NCBI RefSeq assembly: GCF_006345805.1
Contig: NC_042999.1
Location: forward strand, 104,470,001 to 104,534,000
DNA: 64,000 nt
Reading direction: 5' to 3'
Source: Octopus sinensis
Lineage: Eukaryota
Below the pieces are notes generated by a model. That model was not told the origin of the DNA, ran no database searches, and saw only the letters and a program-made list of their open reading frames with translations. The translations under genes and the position numbers were made by a program. Shown here piece by piece: positions 50,293 to 63,338 of this stretch. Position 1 is the first letter of the stretch. Each line of letters begins with the position of its first letter.

Positions 50293-50934
50293 AGAAGAAG
50301 AAGAAGAACAACAACAACAACGACGACGACGATGATGATGAAGTTGATGATGTTCAAGTAATGTTGTTTAATTCTAGCAGGTTAAGTGGCCCAATACAGC
50401 TTCTACGATGTCTTATTGTTGTTATTGTTATTGTTTGTTCCTGACCGAGTAGAGAAATAACATCCAGAAAATTCCTACTACGACTATCCTGTCATTTTCT
50501 TCAGACATAATGTATTTGGGTTTACCTTATCCGACGCACCCTTATAAATTTAATGTAGATTTGACTGCTTTTTCTCGCTGGTCGAATGACCACTTAGATA
50601 TTCCATCACTGGCTGGTCAAATGATATTTGTTATTAATGGTGGCAATTTCTGAAGTGAAGCTGGTTGTGGCTGTGGTCACAATGACGATGATAATTTTTC
50701 CCTCGTCTCTTCCATTAAGATTTTCATACCATTAAAATGAAGGAAGGACACATTGCATAAAAATGACAGCATCAACAAGGAAACATTTTGGAAGTTTCTA
50801 TGTAGAAGCTTAGCTGAATTTAACTTAGCTCAAGACAGCTGAGCTTACCTTACCTTGCAGGGAAAATTTAAGATTAAAATATATCTTTAAGCTGAGAAAG
50901 CAAAGAAAAAGAACAATCATATCGAGAGCCTACA

Positions 50935-51051
50935 TCCATGCATGCATACATACATACATACATACATACATGTATGTATGTATGTATGTATGTATGTATG
51001 TATGTATGTATGTATGTATGTATGTATGTATGTATGTTGTATGTATGTATG

Positions 51052-51083
<32 letters not shown>

Positions 51084-51129
51084 CATACATATACATACAC
51101 ACACATGTGTATGTATATAGATAGATACT

Positions 51130-51173
<44 letters not shown>

Positions 51174-51277
51174 TGTAGCTATCTATCTATCTATCTAAAT
51201 ACATACACATATGTGTGTGTATATGTATATGTATGTAAGAATCTATGTATTATGTATGTGTGTGTGTATATATGTAT

Positions 51278-51335
<58 letters not shown>

Positions 51336-51350
51336 TGTTTAAGTATATAA
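50935..51350. repeat. Compound (CATA)n/(TGTA)n/(TA)n microsatellites
   Basis: Direct reading. Confidence 0.93.
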
Positions 51351-51479
51351 TTATAAATAAATAATTATAATTATATACTTAAATATCAATTTTACAATAT
51401 GGTGGTTGTTATACGCTGGCTACTGATATAATTATTTTAATGATTATATCCTCAATTCATATATATATATATTATATAT

Positions 51480-51533
<54 letters not shown>

Positions 51534-53078
51534 GTGTATGTGTATGTATGTATGTATGTATCTATCTATCTATATATATTAGAAGTGAAGATCTCGAATT
51601 TAGACACAACAGAGAAACACCTCTAATTGAATATGTACATGTATTTCGTACAATGGTATTGATACAATAAGAAAGGAAAAAGCTGACAAGTAAAACATGA
51701 AACAAAAGCTCCCCCATCAAAAGAGAGAGAAAAAAAAGATCTAAGAGAACTGCACGCGCACACACGTACCCCTCCATACACATTTTACCCAAAACTGTGT
51801 TCAGCTGTGCAGTGAAAGCACACTGTAGTAATAATCATATAAAATTTATAGTAATTTCTTTAAACGTCATCAAATAATAAATGACTTCACGGAAAAGAAG
51901 AATATATAAAACGAAAATAAATGAAAATATGGAAAAACTTAAGAAAACACTAAAATAAAAAAGAAAACTGGTATAAAACATCATTATAAAAAAATATACA
52001 AAATATTTTGCCTTGATACGACGAGGTTGTGTTCAACCCAGATGACGTTTCGCTTCAATTAATGCTTCCTATATTATAGCTTAGAATCTGAACTATATGT
52101 TTGACTTATTCACTAATAGCAATCTAGTTTATTTCCAATTCAATTGAAATTTCCCCTCAGTATACGATCACCTTTCTTTTGTATAACTTTTACTTCAAGT
52201 TTTAGAAGTCAATAACAGTAGTATTGAAAAAGCAAGATTCAGATGTGAAATCTTTCAAATCTGTGTCCTGTATAATTTCTGTCGTAGCAGCTATCGCAAA
52301 ATGGTCTTTTATGAACGAAGACTGCTGAGACTATTTCAGCACTTTGTATTGTTCTGTATTTAGATTGAAGTCTGGTGAAAAGATCTATGTTCAGAAACAT
52401 TCTGGTCTTGACTATCGCATCTTCTTTCCAGACTGTGATGAACAATATTCAGTTTGTCCTTCTATGTTTTAGAGCGTTAGAATGTTTTTTGCGGGAGATA
52501 TGGTTGATATTTCTGCTAATCGGACGACTATGTTGAAATTCTCTCGTTTGCTTGATGAGAAAACTGATATTGTCTTTACTATAACTTCGCAATTTCTGTT
52601 CTCGCCCTGAAGATTTTTATTTACGAGATTGTGAGACAGATTTATCTTCATATATGTCATGAAACTAAATGAATAGTTGAAGTAACAAACGGTAAGCCAC
52701 AGACATAACCAACATATTTACACAGATCTAGACTTCTAACGATTTTCCTGAACTATTTCAATCTTGAAATATGCATGTTAGCTGCAGAGCTTGTTAATAA
52801 CCTATAGGCCTACTCCTGAGCTCTTTCAAGCCAAATGTATGTAGAATATAATATGGGATAGACTTGGTGTCTGTTGACAAATGTCCACATGGTTGTGGGT
52901 TCGATTCCAGTCTAAGGAACTCGGACAACCTCAGGTTGACCAATGTTTTGTGAGTGAAATTTTGTAGCTAGAAACTGTACTGTGGTGCGTCGTATAACAA
53001 ACATGCAGGTACACCCCATATAGAAAGACATATATACTTACACCCTCCCATCCATTCACATCTCAACGCGTATATATG

Positions 53079-53150
<72 letters not shown>

Positions 53151-53454
53151 GCTATAATAATATATCATATATTCTCCGATTTAAAGTGACATTTATATAT
53201 AAACAAATTGACTGAAAACTGATGAGCTAAAACTAGCCAGAATCGAACCCAAATATCAACGCTTACATGACTACATGGGCATCCAATTGGGTCAATTGCT
53301 CACCCATCAATTTCAGTCAAATTTTACGTATATATACTTAAACTGTCTAATACTGGATATATTTATAAACAAACCCGAAGGCTGTGTAAGTTATTGAGTG
53401 AAAGCGACTATGGAAATATATTAGTACAACAACAACGACAACAAAAACAACAGC

Positions 53455-53502
<48 letters not shown>

Positions 53503-53700
53503 AATAATAATAATAATACATACTCTCCGATTTAAAGCGAAATTTATATAGAAGTAAATTGACTGAAAAATGTTGAACTAGCCTTAGCTTTCCTTCCGTA
53601 ACTTACAAATCCTTCTGGTTTGTTTATAAATCTTATATATATACATACATAGATACATACATACATGCATACATGCATACATACATACATATGTATTATA

Positions 53701-53754
<54 letters not shown>

Positions 53755-53829
53755 TTAGGGAGTAAAACCAAACTTACAGGGAAAAATTAGATTTAGGATT
53801 AAATCTAATTTTACAGTATAAATATATAT

Positions 53830-54433
53830 ATTAGATTAGAGATAAAACCATTATTAGGCAAATCAAACTGTGAAAAACATAAACCAAAACATAGAAATAA
53901 AATTAATTAATATAATATACAAAATATATAAAATATAAAATTCAAAATTTAAATTATTTAAATTTAAAGCTAAAATTAAAAAAAATTTTAATTATTTATA
54001 CTTATAAATTTATATATATATATATATATATTTTATTATTTTTATTTTATTATTATTTTTATTTTTATCTTTTATTTTTTATTTTTTTATTTTTCTATTT
54101 TTTAATTTTTTTATATTTTTATATTTTATATTCTATATTTTTATATAGAAGCAAATTGACTGAAAAATGTTGAACCAGCCTTATTTAATCAGAGTTGACC
54201 TGGACTTCAAGAACACAGTAGCTAAATAGCTTACGAAGAAGTCATTATGCTATCTCTCCCCTTACTAGAAATGACAACCAAATCCCCCTCAGAACACACT
54301 ATTTTTAATTAAGGAAGGACACATTCACAAATATAGTATATTTTGTATATTATATTAATTAATTTTATTTCTATGTTTTGGTTTATGTGTTTCACTGTTT
54401 GATTTGCCTAATAGTGGTTTTATCTCTAATTTA

Positions 54434-54434
<1 letters not shown>
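53830..54434. repeat. About 100-bp high-identity inverted repeat
   Basis: 53830-53928 vs the reverse complement of 54336-54434 (agagataaaacca.tattaggcaaatcaaac.gtgaaa.acataaaccaaaacatagaaataaaatt). Confidence 0.88.
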
Positions 54435-54516
<82 letters not shown>

Positions 54517-55600
54517 GTTTAAATTTATAGAAAGACAAAAGACGAAGACAGGTGTATTAGTTTGATGCTAGGGTAAGTGAAAAAGTATTTTACGTTTCGA
54601 GCCTACGCTCTTCATCAGAGAGAAATAAGAGAAAATAAACAGAAAGAATATTTAAAAAAAACTTGTGGATTTAGCAGCCAAACACAGTGACTGATTAGAA
54701 AAAAGGTTGAAAGAAGAGGAGATAATAAAATATTGGTGATCCCAAAACAAAGATGACGGACATGTGTATGTATGTGAGAATGTGTAAGTGTATGTGTGTG
54801 TATAGGGGCTAGTGACTTTGACGTGTGTGGGTGTGTGGGTGTATGGTGAGGGTGCTGGGAAGTGGTCAGTGCTAGTGTGTGTCCGTGTGTGTAAGTGTGT
54901 GTCTGTAACATGTGATTGCTCATATAATGGCATGTGTAGTGACGTTATTGAAGATTGTGTGTGGTGTGGGTGCTGGGAAGTGGACAGTGCTAGTGTGTGT
55001 AGAGTGATGTGGGGTGTGATGTGGTGTGGGCTATGAGGATGTGGGGTGGGGCATGTGGGGGTGTAGGTGTGGGTAGGACTGTAGAGTGGTGATGTAGGGA
55101 CAGGGTGTGGGCTGAGGGTGATGTCAATGAAAAGAGAAGGTGGGTAGGAGTGAAGGGAGGAAGTTGGTGTCAGATCAAGAGAGGTGGGGAGTTGAGCTCA
55201 TGTGGAGCAAAGGAGTGAAGAAAGATTAATTTCCGTTCACGGCGAAGGCGGGAGTCCAGATGGCCCATGAGCAAAGACAGTGCGAACACAGACACGTGTT
55301 GTAGTGAATGACCGGTAGAGCGGAAATGGTGCCAGACTTGGGTGTCATTGCCGAGTATGATGTCTCGGAGGTGCTCTGCGAACCGGTCAACCAAGCGGCG
55401 TCCCGTTTGACCGATGTACAAAGAAGAGCAGAAAGAGCCGGAGATGCAGTAAATGACGTTGTTAAAAGAGCAGGTAAAGTAGTCGGTGATATGATAGGGA
55501 CGATGATGGGTACCAGTGAGGATGGTTGTGTTGGAGAGATAGGGGCAAGTACAGCGGAGTGGACGAGGCACCAAGTCCGTCCAATATTTTCCGCACAGCT
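54517..55600 (-). mobile_element. Penelope-like element 3' portion: GIY-YIG endonuclease ORF end, 3' region and hammerhead tail into (TA)n
   Basis: ORF 55170-55574 CTCPYL..FTC..NVIYCI..C..LYIGQTGRRL.DRFAEHLRDI..HF..GH..RE.KLIF; tail 54517-54640. Confidence 0.82.
54591..54618 (-). ncRNA. Minimal hammerhead core in the Penelope tail
   Basis: CUGAUGA-A-GAGC[GUAG]GCUC-GAAA-CGUA; palindromic ACGU in place of stem III; stem I is weak in this copy. Confidence 0.55.
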
Positions 55601-55814
55601 CGACGTTAGGTGAATAAAAAGCAAATAAATAACAAGGATGTCCAGGTATCAGTGCATTACGGCCGTTTCAAGCAGCTCCATTTAATCGATCAATGAAAAC
55701 ATTACATCATTCCAAATAAAACGCTCTCCTCGGATGCGTACGACCATATAGATTTCCAGCATACAGGATACTCCATTAAAATATTTTTAGCAAATTTTTC
55801 ATATATATATATAT

Positions 55815-55880
55815 AGGTTAAAGGTGGTGCTCCAGCATGGCCGCAGTCAAAATGACTGAAACAAGTAAAAGAATAAAAGA
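55815..55880 (+). mobile_element. SINE family C 3' terminus
   Basis: aaggtggtgctccagcatggccgcagtcaaaatgactgaaacaagtaaaagaataaaaga between microsatellites. Confidence 0.75.
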
Positions 55881-55970
<90 letters not shown>

Positions 55971-55973
<3 letters not shown>

Positions 55974-56170
55974 TCGCCATGATAGATCGTTAGCCACTAC
56001 ATACATTTTTTTCTCTCCTTGTTTCTCTCCTTGTTTTTCCTGTGTCCCTTTCTGTAGAAGAGCGTAGGCTCGAAAAGTAAAACACTTTTTCTATTCCTGA
56101 GCCTTATACTAATACATCTGTTTGTTTTGTACACCACCTGTCTTCGTCTTTTGTTTTTTCGTAAACTCTG

Positions 56171-56172
<2 letters not shown>
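55971..56172 (+). mobile_element. Penelope-associated tail with variant hammerhead core, between (TA)n tracts
   Basis: CTGTAGA-A-GAGC[GTAG]GCTC-GAAA at 56052-56075; paralogous to 38388-38572. Confidence 0.7.
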
Positions 56173-56207
<35 letters not shown>

Positions 56208-56723
56208 TGGCTAGAAATTGTCAGTGTATTGATGTGTCAAACAAAAGTAACTTGCTATATTTATTCAGTCTGAGTTTCATCCAGTAACACCTCGGTTGCT
56301 TTCGTCAATCGATAAACAGACATCGATACAATAAAACCAAACTATTGGGGTCAATAAAATTGACTAACAGCTGAAGTCAGACAGAAGATACTAAAAGTAC
56401 AAATGAATTAACATATCAGATATTGTTTTCTTGTATCTCAAAAAAACCAAAAGCTACTTCTGCATTAACATTGCCTATGAATAAAGTGGTCGTTTGGCTT
56501 ACTAAAATAGTCGCCAAATCTACTTCAAACCCAACCATGCTGTCTTTAAACAATGCTTACATTATTGATAATAGTGTCACGTATACAGTCTATCTGAATA
56601 TATAAAGCGTTAAAATTGTGACGATGTTGGTCGATAAGTGATGAGGGGTGAACGCTTCCACGCCAATTATGTATTTTTTCCTGTCTCCCGTATGTTTCTT
56701 TGTCATCCTACTCTGCCACATTT

Positions 56724-56804
<81 letters not shown>

Positions 56805-56890
56805 AGGTCGACATCTAGCATAATGGATGTCCACTTAGTAGTCATCCCTTTTATATGTATGTAGTATATATATATATATATGTATATACA

Positions 56891-57090
56891 CACCGAATCA
56901 GGACAATTACCCCCTAAGACAATTACCCCACTCAAGGCCAATTCCCCCGACAACTACCCCTATGACAATTACCCCTCTAGGTTAATTACCTATTCGCCAA
57001 TATATTAAGACGTTTTAAATCATCATCTGTTCTCCTCGGGGGTAATTGTCCTTGGGGGTTATTGTCCAGGGAGGTAAATGTCATAGACTC
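56891..57090. mobile_element. Small element with inverted arrays of gacaattacccc
   Basis: About 5 direct copies 56902-56990 and 3 inverted copies 57039-57082. Confidence 0.6.
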
Positions 57091-57899
57091 ATACATACAT
57101 ACATACGCACACACACACATACACACACATGTATGTATGTTTATACAACTATATATATACATTTAGAGATACGTACATATGTATATATATTTGATTTTAT
57201 AATGATTTGTAGTATATTATGCATTTCTTGATAATTGTCACTTGTATCTTACGTTCAGTCGTATATTAAAAGTCTAAGAAAAGGAGCAGTGCAAATACGA
57301 TATATTTATTCAGCTATGATTTCGAATTCTGGATTTTGAAATATGTATTTTATATAGAGATTAAGCAGTACGACAATGGTTGGTACTTGTTAAGATGTTA
57401 TCAATTGTGAGTAGTACGCACTTTATTCGTAAGCTCAACAAGTAGAGACAGACGAAAAATTCCTCTTTTCCAGATTAACTTTATATCGCATAAAATATAT
57501 TCGATGCATATAAAACCAAAGTTTTGAATATTTTGTTATAAATTAGTTATATGATTTAAATATAAATATAAATTCATTTTGCCAAACGTCTTTTTTGAAG
57601 TTTTATTACAACCATTTTGAAAATGTGTAATTTTTTTTTACATGGAAATGAAAATATCTCTTCTTAGAAAACTGGTTAAACGAAGACCACGCAGAAAATA
57701 ATAGTGTTGAAATAATTCTTCATGCAGAATTTGGATGTAGTAACAGCATGTGAGAGAAATTGTTGAAACTAAACAATCCCACGAAAAAAAGAGACAAATC
57801 CATGAGATAAGTTTTGCAATATGTATTTATTTTTGACCTTAGGCATGAAGAACATCATCTAGTCTGCTTAATTTGTAATGAATATTTTGTCAACTGAAG

Positions 57900-59345
57900 T
57901 GTAAAGCATACTAAATGAAAAAAAAAAACGACATTTTGATACAAGACATGAGTTCTCAGAAGGTAAATATTTACCGACTTTTTAAAAACATATTGCTGAA
58001 GAGTAGCGTAGGAAGTCTCATACATAATTACAAAAGCTATGCAGCCATACATAATTGGTGAAGGACCTGTGTTGCCAGAGGCATGTGGAGTCTCAAAAAT
58101 TATTCACGGAAAAAATCTATGCGGGCGATATACAAAAAATTCCAGCATCAAGTAAAAGAAATATAAAACAATTGTCGAAATTTATAAGAAGCGATTTCTC
58201 AAGTTGCAATTTACTGGAACGAATCAACAGGCAATACAAATGCGACTAAACAATTGATATTTTTCAAATATTCTTTGTGAGAACAATGTGCACAAGGATA
58301 TACTGTTTTGTCGATCATTAGAAGGATGAACAACAGACGAAGAATTTTAAAGTGAATCATATTTTAAAGTAGGTCTAGAATGGAATGACTATACTGGTGT
58401 ATGTACTAATGACGCAGTAACAATGATGGGATACAATTTCAAGCTAAAATTAAATCTGTAAACAATTTACTGCATTTTCTCATTACATGATTCATCGAGA
58501 AGCATTAGTGGCTAAATAAACTTTCCTCAGAGATAAGTGCGGTAATACGAGATGCAGTCAGCATTATTAACTTTATTAAAAGTCGAGCATGGAATAGGGG
58601 TCTATTCAATGCAAACCTTTGATTTAATTATTTGTAAATGTAGGTCAGGCTATGGGATATGAGCTCAGTAAACTTTTACAACATAAAAAGTGCGAAGGAT
58701 GTGACAAAGACAATCTTTGAGACTTTAAATTAAACTTATAAAAATAAACGAATGTTTTCATCGGAGAAAGAACACACACTTTGCATAATTTTTTCAGGAG
58801 GAAAACTGGCTTTGCAAATTATACTATTCGTCAGACCTAGTTACAACTCAAAATTGAATCCTTTTCCCATCCCTACAAAACCTCTATGGAAACATGCAAT
58901 ATAAATTAAATTGATTTAATTAGTTTGAAAAAAAATTTTAAATGTTTTCATATAACAGATTACATTGTCTGCGAAAATAATTTGACCATTAATTCGATTA
59001 AGTAGATCATAGTCGAGCATTTTTGGTATATATGGAAAAACAATTAAAAATTTGGAAAATATTTTCTATTAAGCCTAGTCAATTATAAATTATATAAGGT
59101 CAAAACACCATTTATTTTAGTAATAGAAAAGGTGAAACATCTTTCTTTGAAGGCTGAACAAGTCATTTGATTCGAAACTTGAATTTTCAAAAACAAACTT
59201 GCGCGTGTGTTGATAGTATGGGAAATCAGAATTTCAAATGCTGTTTAAATTATCAATAGCTGCTTTTCTCATGTGCTTCCATAAAATTTATGTGAATCTG
59301 CACTTATAGCTTTAATGGCAATAAAGACAAAATAATGCACAAACA
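57900..59345 (+). mobile_element. Degenerate hAT (Buster/Charlie-type) transposase remnant
   Basis: QPYIIGE, GVCTND, FSHYMIHREALVAK (58475-58516), IINFIKSRAWNRGLF (58563-58607), LCES..IKTK. Confidence 0.7.
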
Positions 59346-59804
59346 TTAAAATATGGAAATTCCCGCAAGAAAACTCACAAATACCCGCAAATTTTGCTGT
59401 GTTGTGCCGAAAACAGCAAATACACCCATCCCACTGAAAATATTAAAACAATATATCTCTTGGATCTTTTCGGTATGAAACACCCATGCCAATTTTATTG
59501 AAACTCCTATTATGAAACCCATAACCATTTTTGAAAAATTAATGATACAAAAAGTTAAGAACTTTTAAGATTGAAATTTTTGAAATTTTTAGCCTCTCCG
59601 ATCCATCTTTTCGTCATGGTGATGCTATGGAAAGAATTTATGTTTTTGTTTCCGAGATGCAACGTTACGAAAATCTCACCAATTATCATTTTTTAAGAAA
59701 TTAATAATGAAAACGCGAGAAGACCTTTAAATATGAAAATATAGAACTGAAAATAGAAGAAAATAACAAGTTAACAGTTACAAAAGAAGTTTGCGATGTA
59801 CTGC

Positions 59805-59925
59805 AGATCTTAATCCTAAATCTAACACTAACTTTAAACCTAATGTTAAACTATATCCTTAAGCCATAAATCCTAACTCTAATCCCAAAATTTAATCCTA
59901 ACTCTAACCCTGACACTAAGCCTAA
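59805..59925. repeat. Degenerate (CCCTAA)n-like tract
   Basis: taatcctaaatctaacactaactttaaacctaa...taactctaaccctgacactaagcctaa; tggatcttttcggt (same start as the 43683 TIR) at 59461. Confidence 0.5.
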
Positions 59926-60098
59926 AATGTTTTCAGTTAGATGCTATGAGAACATATGGTAATTCCTAACGCTTACTCGTTGGAATATCGAGAACGGATA
60001 AACCTGTAGCTATAGATTTGTAAATCTTGTACTACAAGTATTAGTTTATGAATGATCGAACATTAAATCCCTAATTCAATATCGAATAGAACATCTAA

Positions 60099-60101
<3 letters not shown>

Positions 60102-60185
<84 letters not shown>

Positions 60186-60270
60186 GTCTGTCTGTCTGTC
60201 TGTCTATATGTCTGTCTGTCTATTCATATATCTGTCTGTCTGTCTATATGTTTGTCTGTCTATATGTCTG

Positions 60271-60349
<79 letters not shown>

Positions 60350-60418
60350 GTGTGCAGCCCTGTGTGGCTAATAAAGAAACATATCTATCTATCTATCTAT
60401 CTATCTATCAATCAATCA

Positions 60419-60492
<74 letters not shown>

Positions 60493-60610
60493 GTCTATCT
60501 ATTTTCTCCTTCCTTCTTCCCTCCTTCCCTCCTTTCCTACCTTCCCCTCCCTCCCTCCTTTCCAACCTACGTACGTACGTACGTACGTACGTACGTACCT
60601 ACCTACCTAC
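60102..60610. repeat. (TCTA)n/(TCTG)n and following compound microsatellites
   Basis: Direct reading. Confidence 0.93.
60344..60383 (+). mobile_element. 40-nt 3' terminus of the element at 1-100, embedded in (TCTA)n
   Basis: Identical to 61-100. Confidence 0.8.
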
Positions 60611-60747
60611 CTACCTACCTATTTATCCCTTTTTTGTCTCTCTCATACGTCATCCATGCCTTGTAGCCCTTTCCCTTCCTTTCTCTTGACATCTCTCTGA
60701 AAAAATGTGTTTTGTGTTGAAGATTTGTTTTTGCTAGTGTACGTATG

Positions 60748-60779
<32 letters not shown>

Positions 60780-61867
60780 TGTATGTATGTATGTATGTAT
60801 GTACATATCTGTGTACACGCTCGCATTTGTGTGGGTACGTTTGTGTGTGATTGTGTGTATGTCGTTGTGATACATGTGATATTGTAACGCACGTAGCCTT
60901 TTCCGAATGATTCACAAGTTTCCGCAGTAATGAAGTCCCGGCTTCTGCCGCAATGTGTGGTATTACAGGCAAGTATCTTTTACTATATCATTAATTGAAT
61001 TGAAATCGTGTGTCTAGAATCCAACATGAGCGTTCGTCACGCTGATTCTGCTAGACAGTTACGTTGAGGAAACACGTGTCTAGGAAATATATTACCATTT
61101 ATGTACCAATTCAAAATGTAGTTAGTTTAGTTCATCAAATATCTGTAATATTCTTAGTCGAAAGAGACGGAGACTCACTTAATTTATACGTAATAAGCAG
61201 AAAATGATTCGCTTAGAGGCTGCTGTGCTTCAAATATGGCAAACATATGTGAAAATATTTATGAAGTTAGAGATAAACAAGAGTTTTCTGCTTGATATGT
61301 TGTTTTAAATTGTCATGACATAGTTAAAGACTACAGGAACTGCAGTAGCTTTTATAAGAAAGAACCATGTTATTCTTGTTCTTGTTATTAATGTTTTGAC
61401 GTAGCTATAACAGTAGAGAGACTAGGATTGACAGTCTGGTAGTAATATGGGTTGGTGGAAATGATATAGTTGATCGTTGATGTTAGTGAACGTAGTGACG
61501 TTTGAAAAAAAATGGTGGCTAAGATGATAGAGGTATTGATAGTAGTGAAAGTTTGTGTGGTTTTTAGTATTATTAGTAATCTTGATGATAAAGATAGTGA
61601 TGGAATGACGACGATGATGGCGACCTTAGAGTCATGTTATCATAGAAATAGTGGTGATGATAGTGTTTATAGTACTTGTGGTGTATAGGAGTGATACTCC
61701 AAACGTTTATATCATACTAGAATGGCATGTTAAGGAAGGAGAAATGATAGTCTAATATTTCTATTTCCAATCATATTCAGGTCCAGAAATTTTAAAATAC
61801 ACAGCAAGAAGATACATACATACATACATACATACATAATACATACATACATACATACATACATACA

Positions 61868-61898
<31 letters not shown>

Positions 61899-61996
61899 GC
61901 ATACATATATACATACATACATATGCATACATAATACATACATACATACATGTATATGTATATATATATATTTATATGTATATGTATATAAAGGAG

Positions 61997-62317
61997 CACT
62001 CCGTCAGTTATGACGACGAGGGTCCCAGCTGATATGATCAATGGAATAGCTTGCTCGTGAAATTAACGTGCAAGTGACTGAGCAATCCACAGACACGTGT
62101 ACCCCTAAAGTAGTTCTCAGGAAAATTCAGCGTGACACAGAGTGTGACAAGGCTGACCCTTTGAAATACAGGTACAATTCATTTCTGCCAGTTGAGTGGA
62201 CTGGAGCAACGTGAAATAAAGTGTCTTGCTCAAGGACACAACGCGTCGCCGGGAATTCAACTCACGACCATACAATAGTGAGCCGAATGCTCTAACCACT
62301 AAGCCACGCTTCTTCAC
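61997..62317 (-). mobile_element. tRNA-derived SINE family D
   Basis: Reverse complement matches 32044-32344. Confidence 0.88.
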
Positions 62318-62382
62318 TATATGTATATTTACACACACATATATAAATATATATGCAAGAAAAAAAAAATATATATAATGTA

Positions 62383-62546
62383 GGTGAATTTTTGATGTAA
62401 CACATGTCCTTGTGGAAGCTGTGGTGCGCGGCTGAAGAAGGCCACAGACATACATTATGCATTGTTATAAATCTGTCTAATAAAGGCCCGAAACATATGT
62501 ACCGCTGAATCCTTCGCATCATGTTTTTATTTTATTTTGATCAATT
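62383..62546 (+). mobile_element. 164-bp hammerhead-containing unit with a 13-bp flanking direct repeat
   Basis: tatatataatgta at 62370-62382 and 62547-62559. Confidence 0.5.
62420..62523 (+). ncRNA. Type I hammerhead ribozyme (predicted)
   Basis: GCGG-CUGAAGA-A-GGCC...GGCC-C-GAAA-C[AUAU]G-UA-CCGC; stem I continues UGUGGUGC/GCAUCAUG past a 10-nt bulge; predicted cut after A62501. Confidence 0.68.
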
Positions 62547-63284
62547 TATATATAATGTATATATGTATGCATATGTGTGTATGTATGTGTATATGCGCAC
62601 GCACATTCATATATTTTCACACTCTTACATATATGTATATACACATACGTACACACACACACATGAATATACATACAACTCATTCTCTCTCAATGTGTGT
62701 GTTTATGTATTATACATGCACATATATGCATGTGTTCAATTATTCTATAGTGATTCACTCCGTCTCTCTTCTGCTTTTCCTCACTTTTGTTCGTTAGAGC
62801 AGTTATAACAATGTAATAATGGACAGCGGGCTGAAAATAATTTAAAACATACTTAATAATAAAATGCAGTTGATCAAAAATAGAAAGAACTATGATTAGA
62901 TTCTCATTAAATTAAGTATGAATATTGCATCTAACAAGATTATAAATTTACTAAGAGTAATAAACAAATATTTCTGCAACAGCAAATTTCACTGGCTGTT
63001 CAACGAAAGCAATGTAAAAGTCAGTTAAAGCTACAACTAGCAAACAATATGGTTAGATTCTCTCCAAACTCGGTATGAATCTCGAGGAGGATGTAATCGA
63101 GACCATATACCTGGAAAAGAAAAGACGATATAGTCTTGGCATTTATAGATTTATAGAATTCATTTATAAATTTACTCGATTATGCCTGACAAACTGTAGG
63201 ACTTAACAACTATAGCATTGCTCGTTGGAAATGCATGAATAACTATCACATTATTCAGTTTCACTACATTCGTAATTCCAAAGC

Positions 63285-63338
<54 letters not shown>

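Noticed and set aside
50849-50863. Similarity to the U1 snRNA 5' end (cttaccttgcaggga)
   Set aside because: Only about 15 nt with no downstream U1 sequence
52239-52660. Possible LINE remnant (two short minus-strand ORFs)
   Set aside because: No diagnostic motif could be identified with confidence
53219-53245. CTGATGA-GCTA[AAAC]TAGC hammerhead-like motif
   Set aside because: Followed by CAGAAT rather than GAAA; paralogous local repeats lack the core
60898-60974. Possible plus-strand exon with a GC donor
   Set aside because: Non-canonical donor, poor acceptor, no homology
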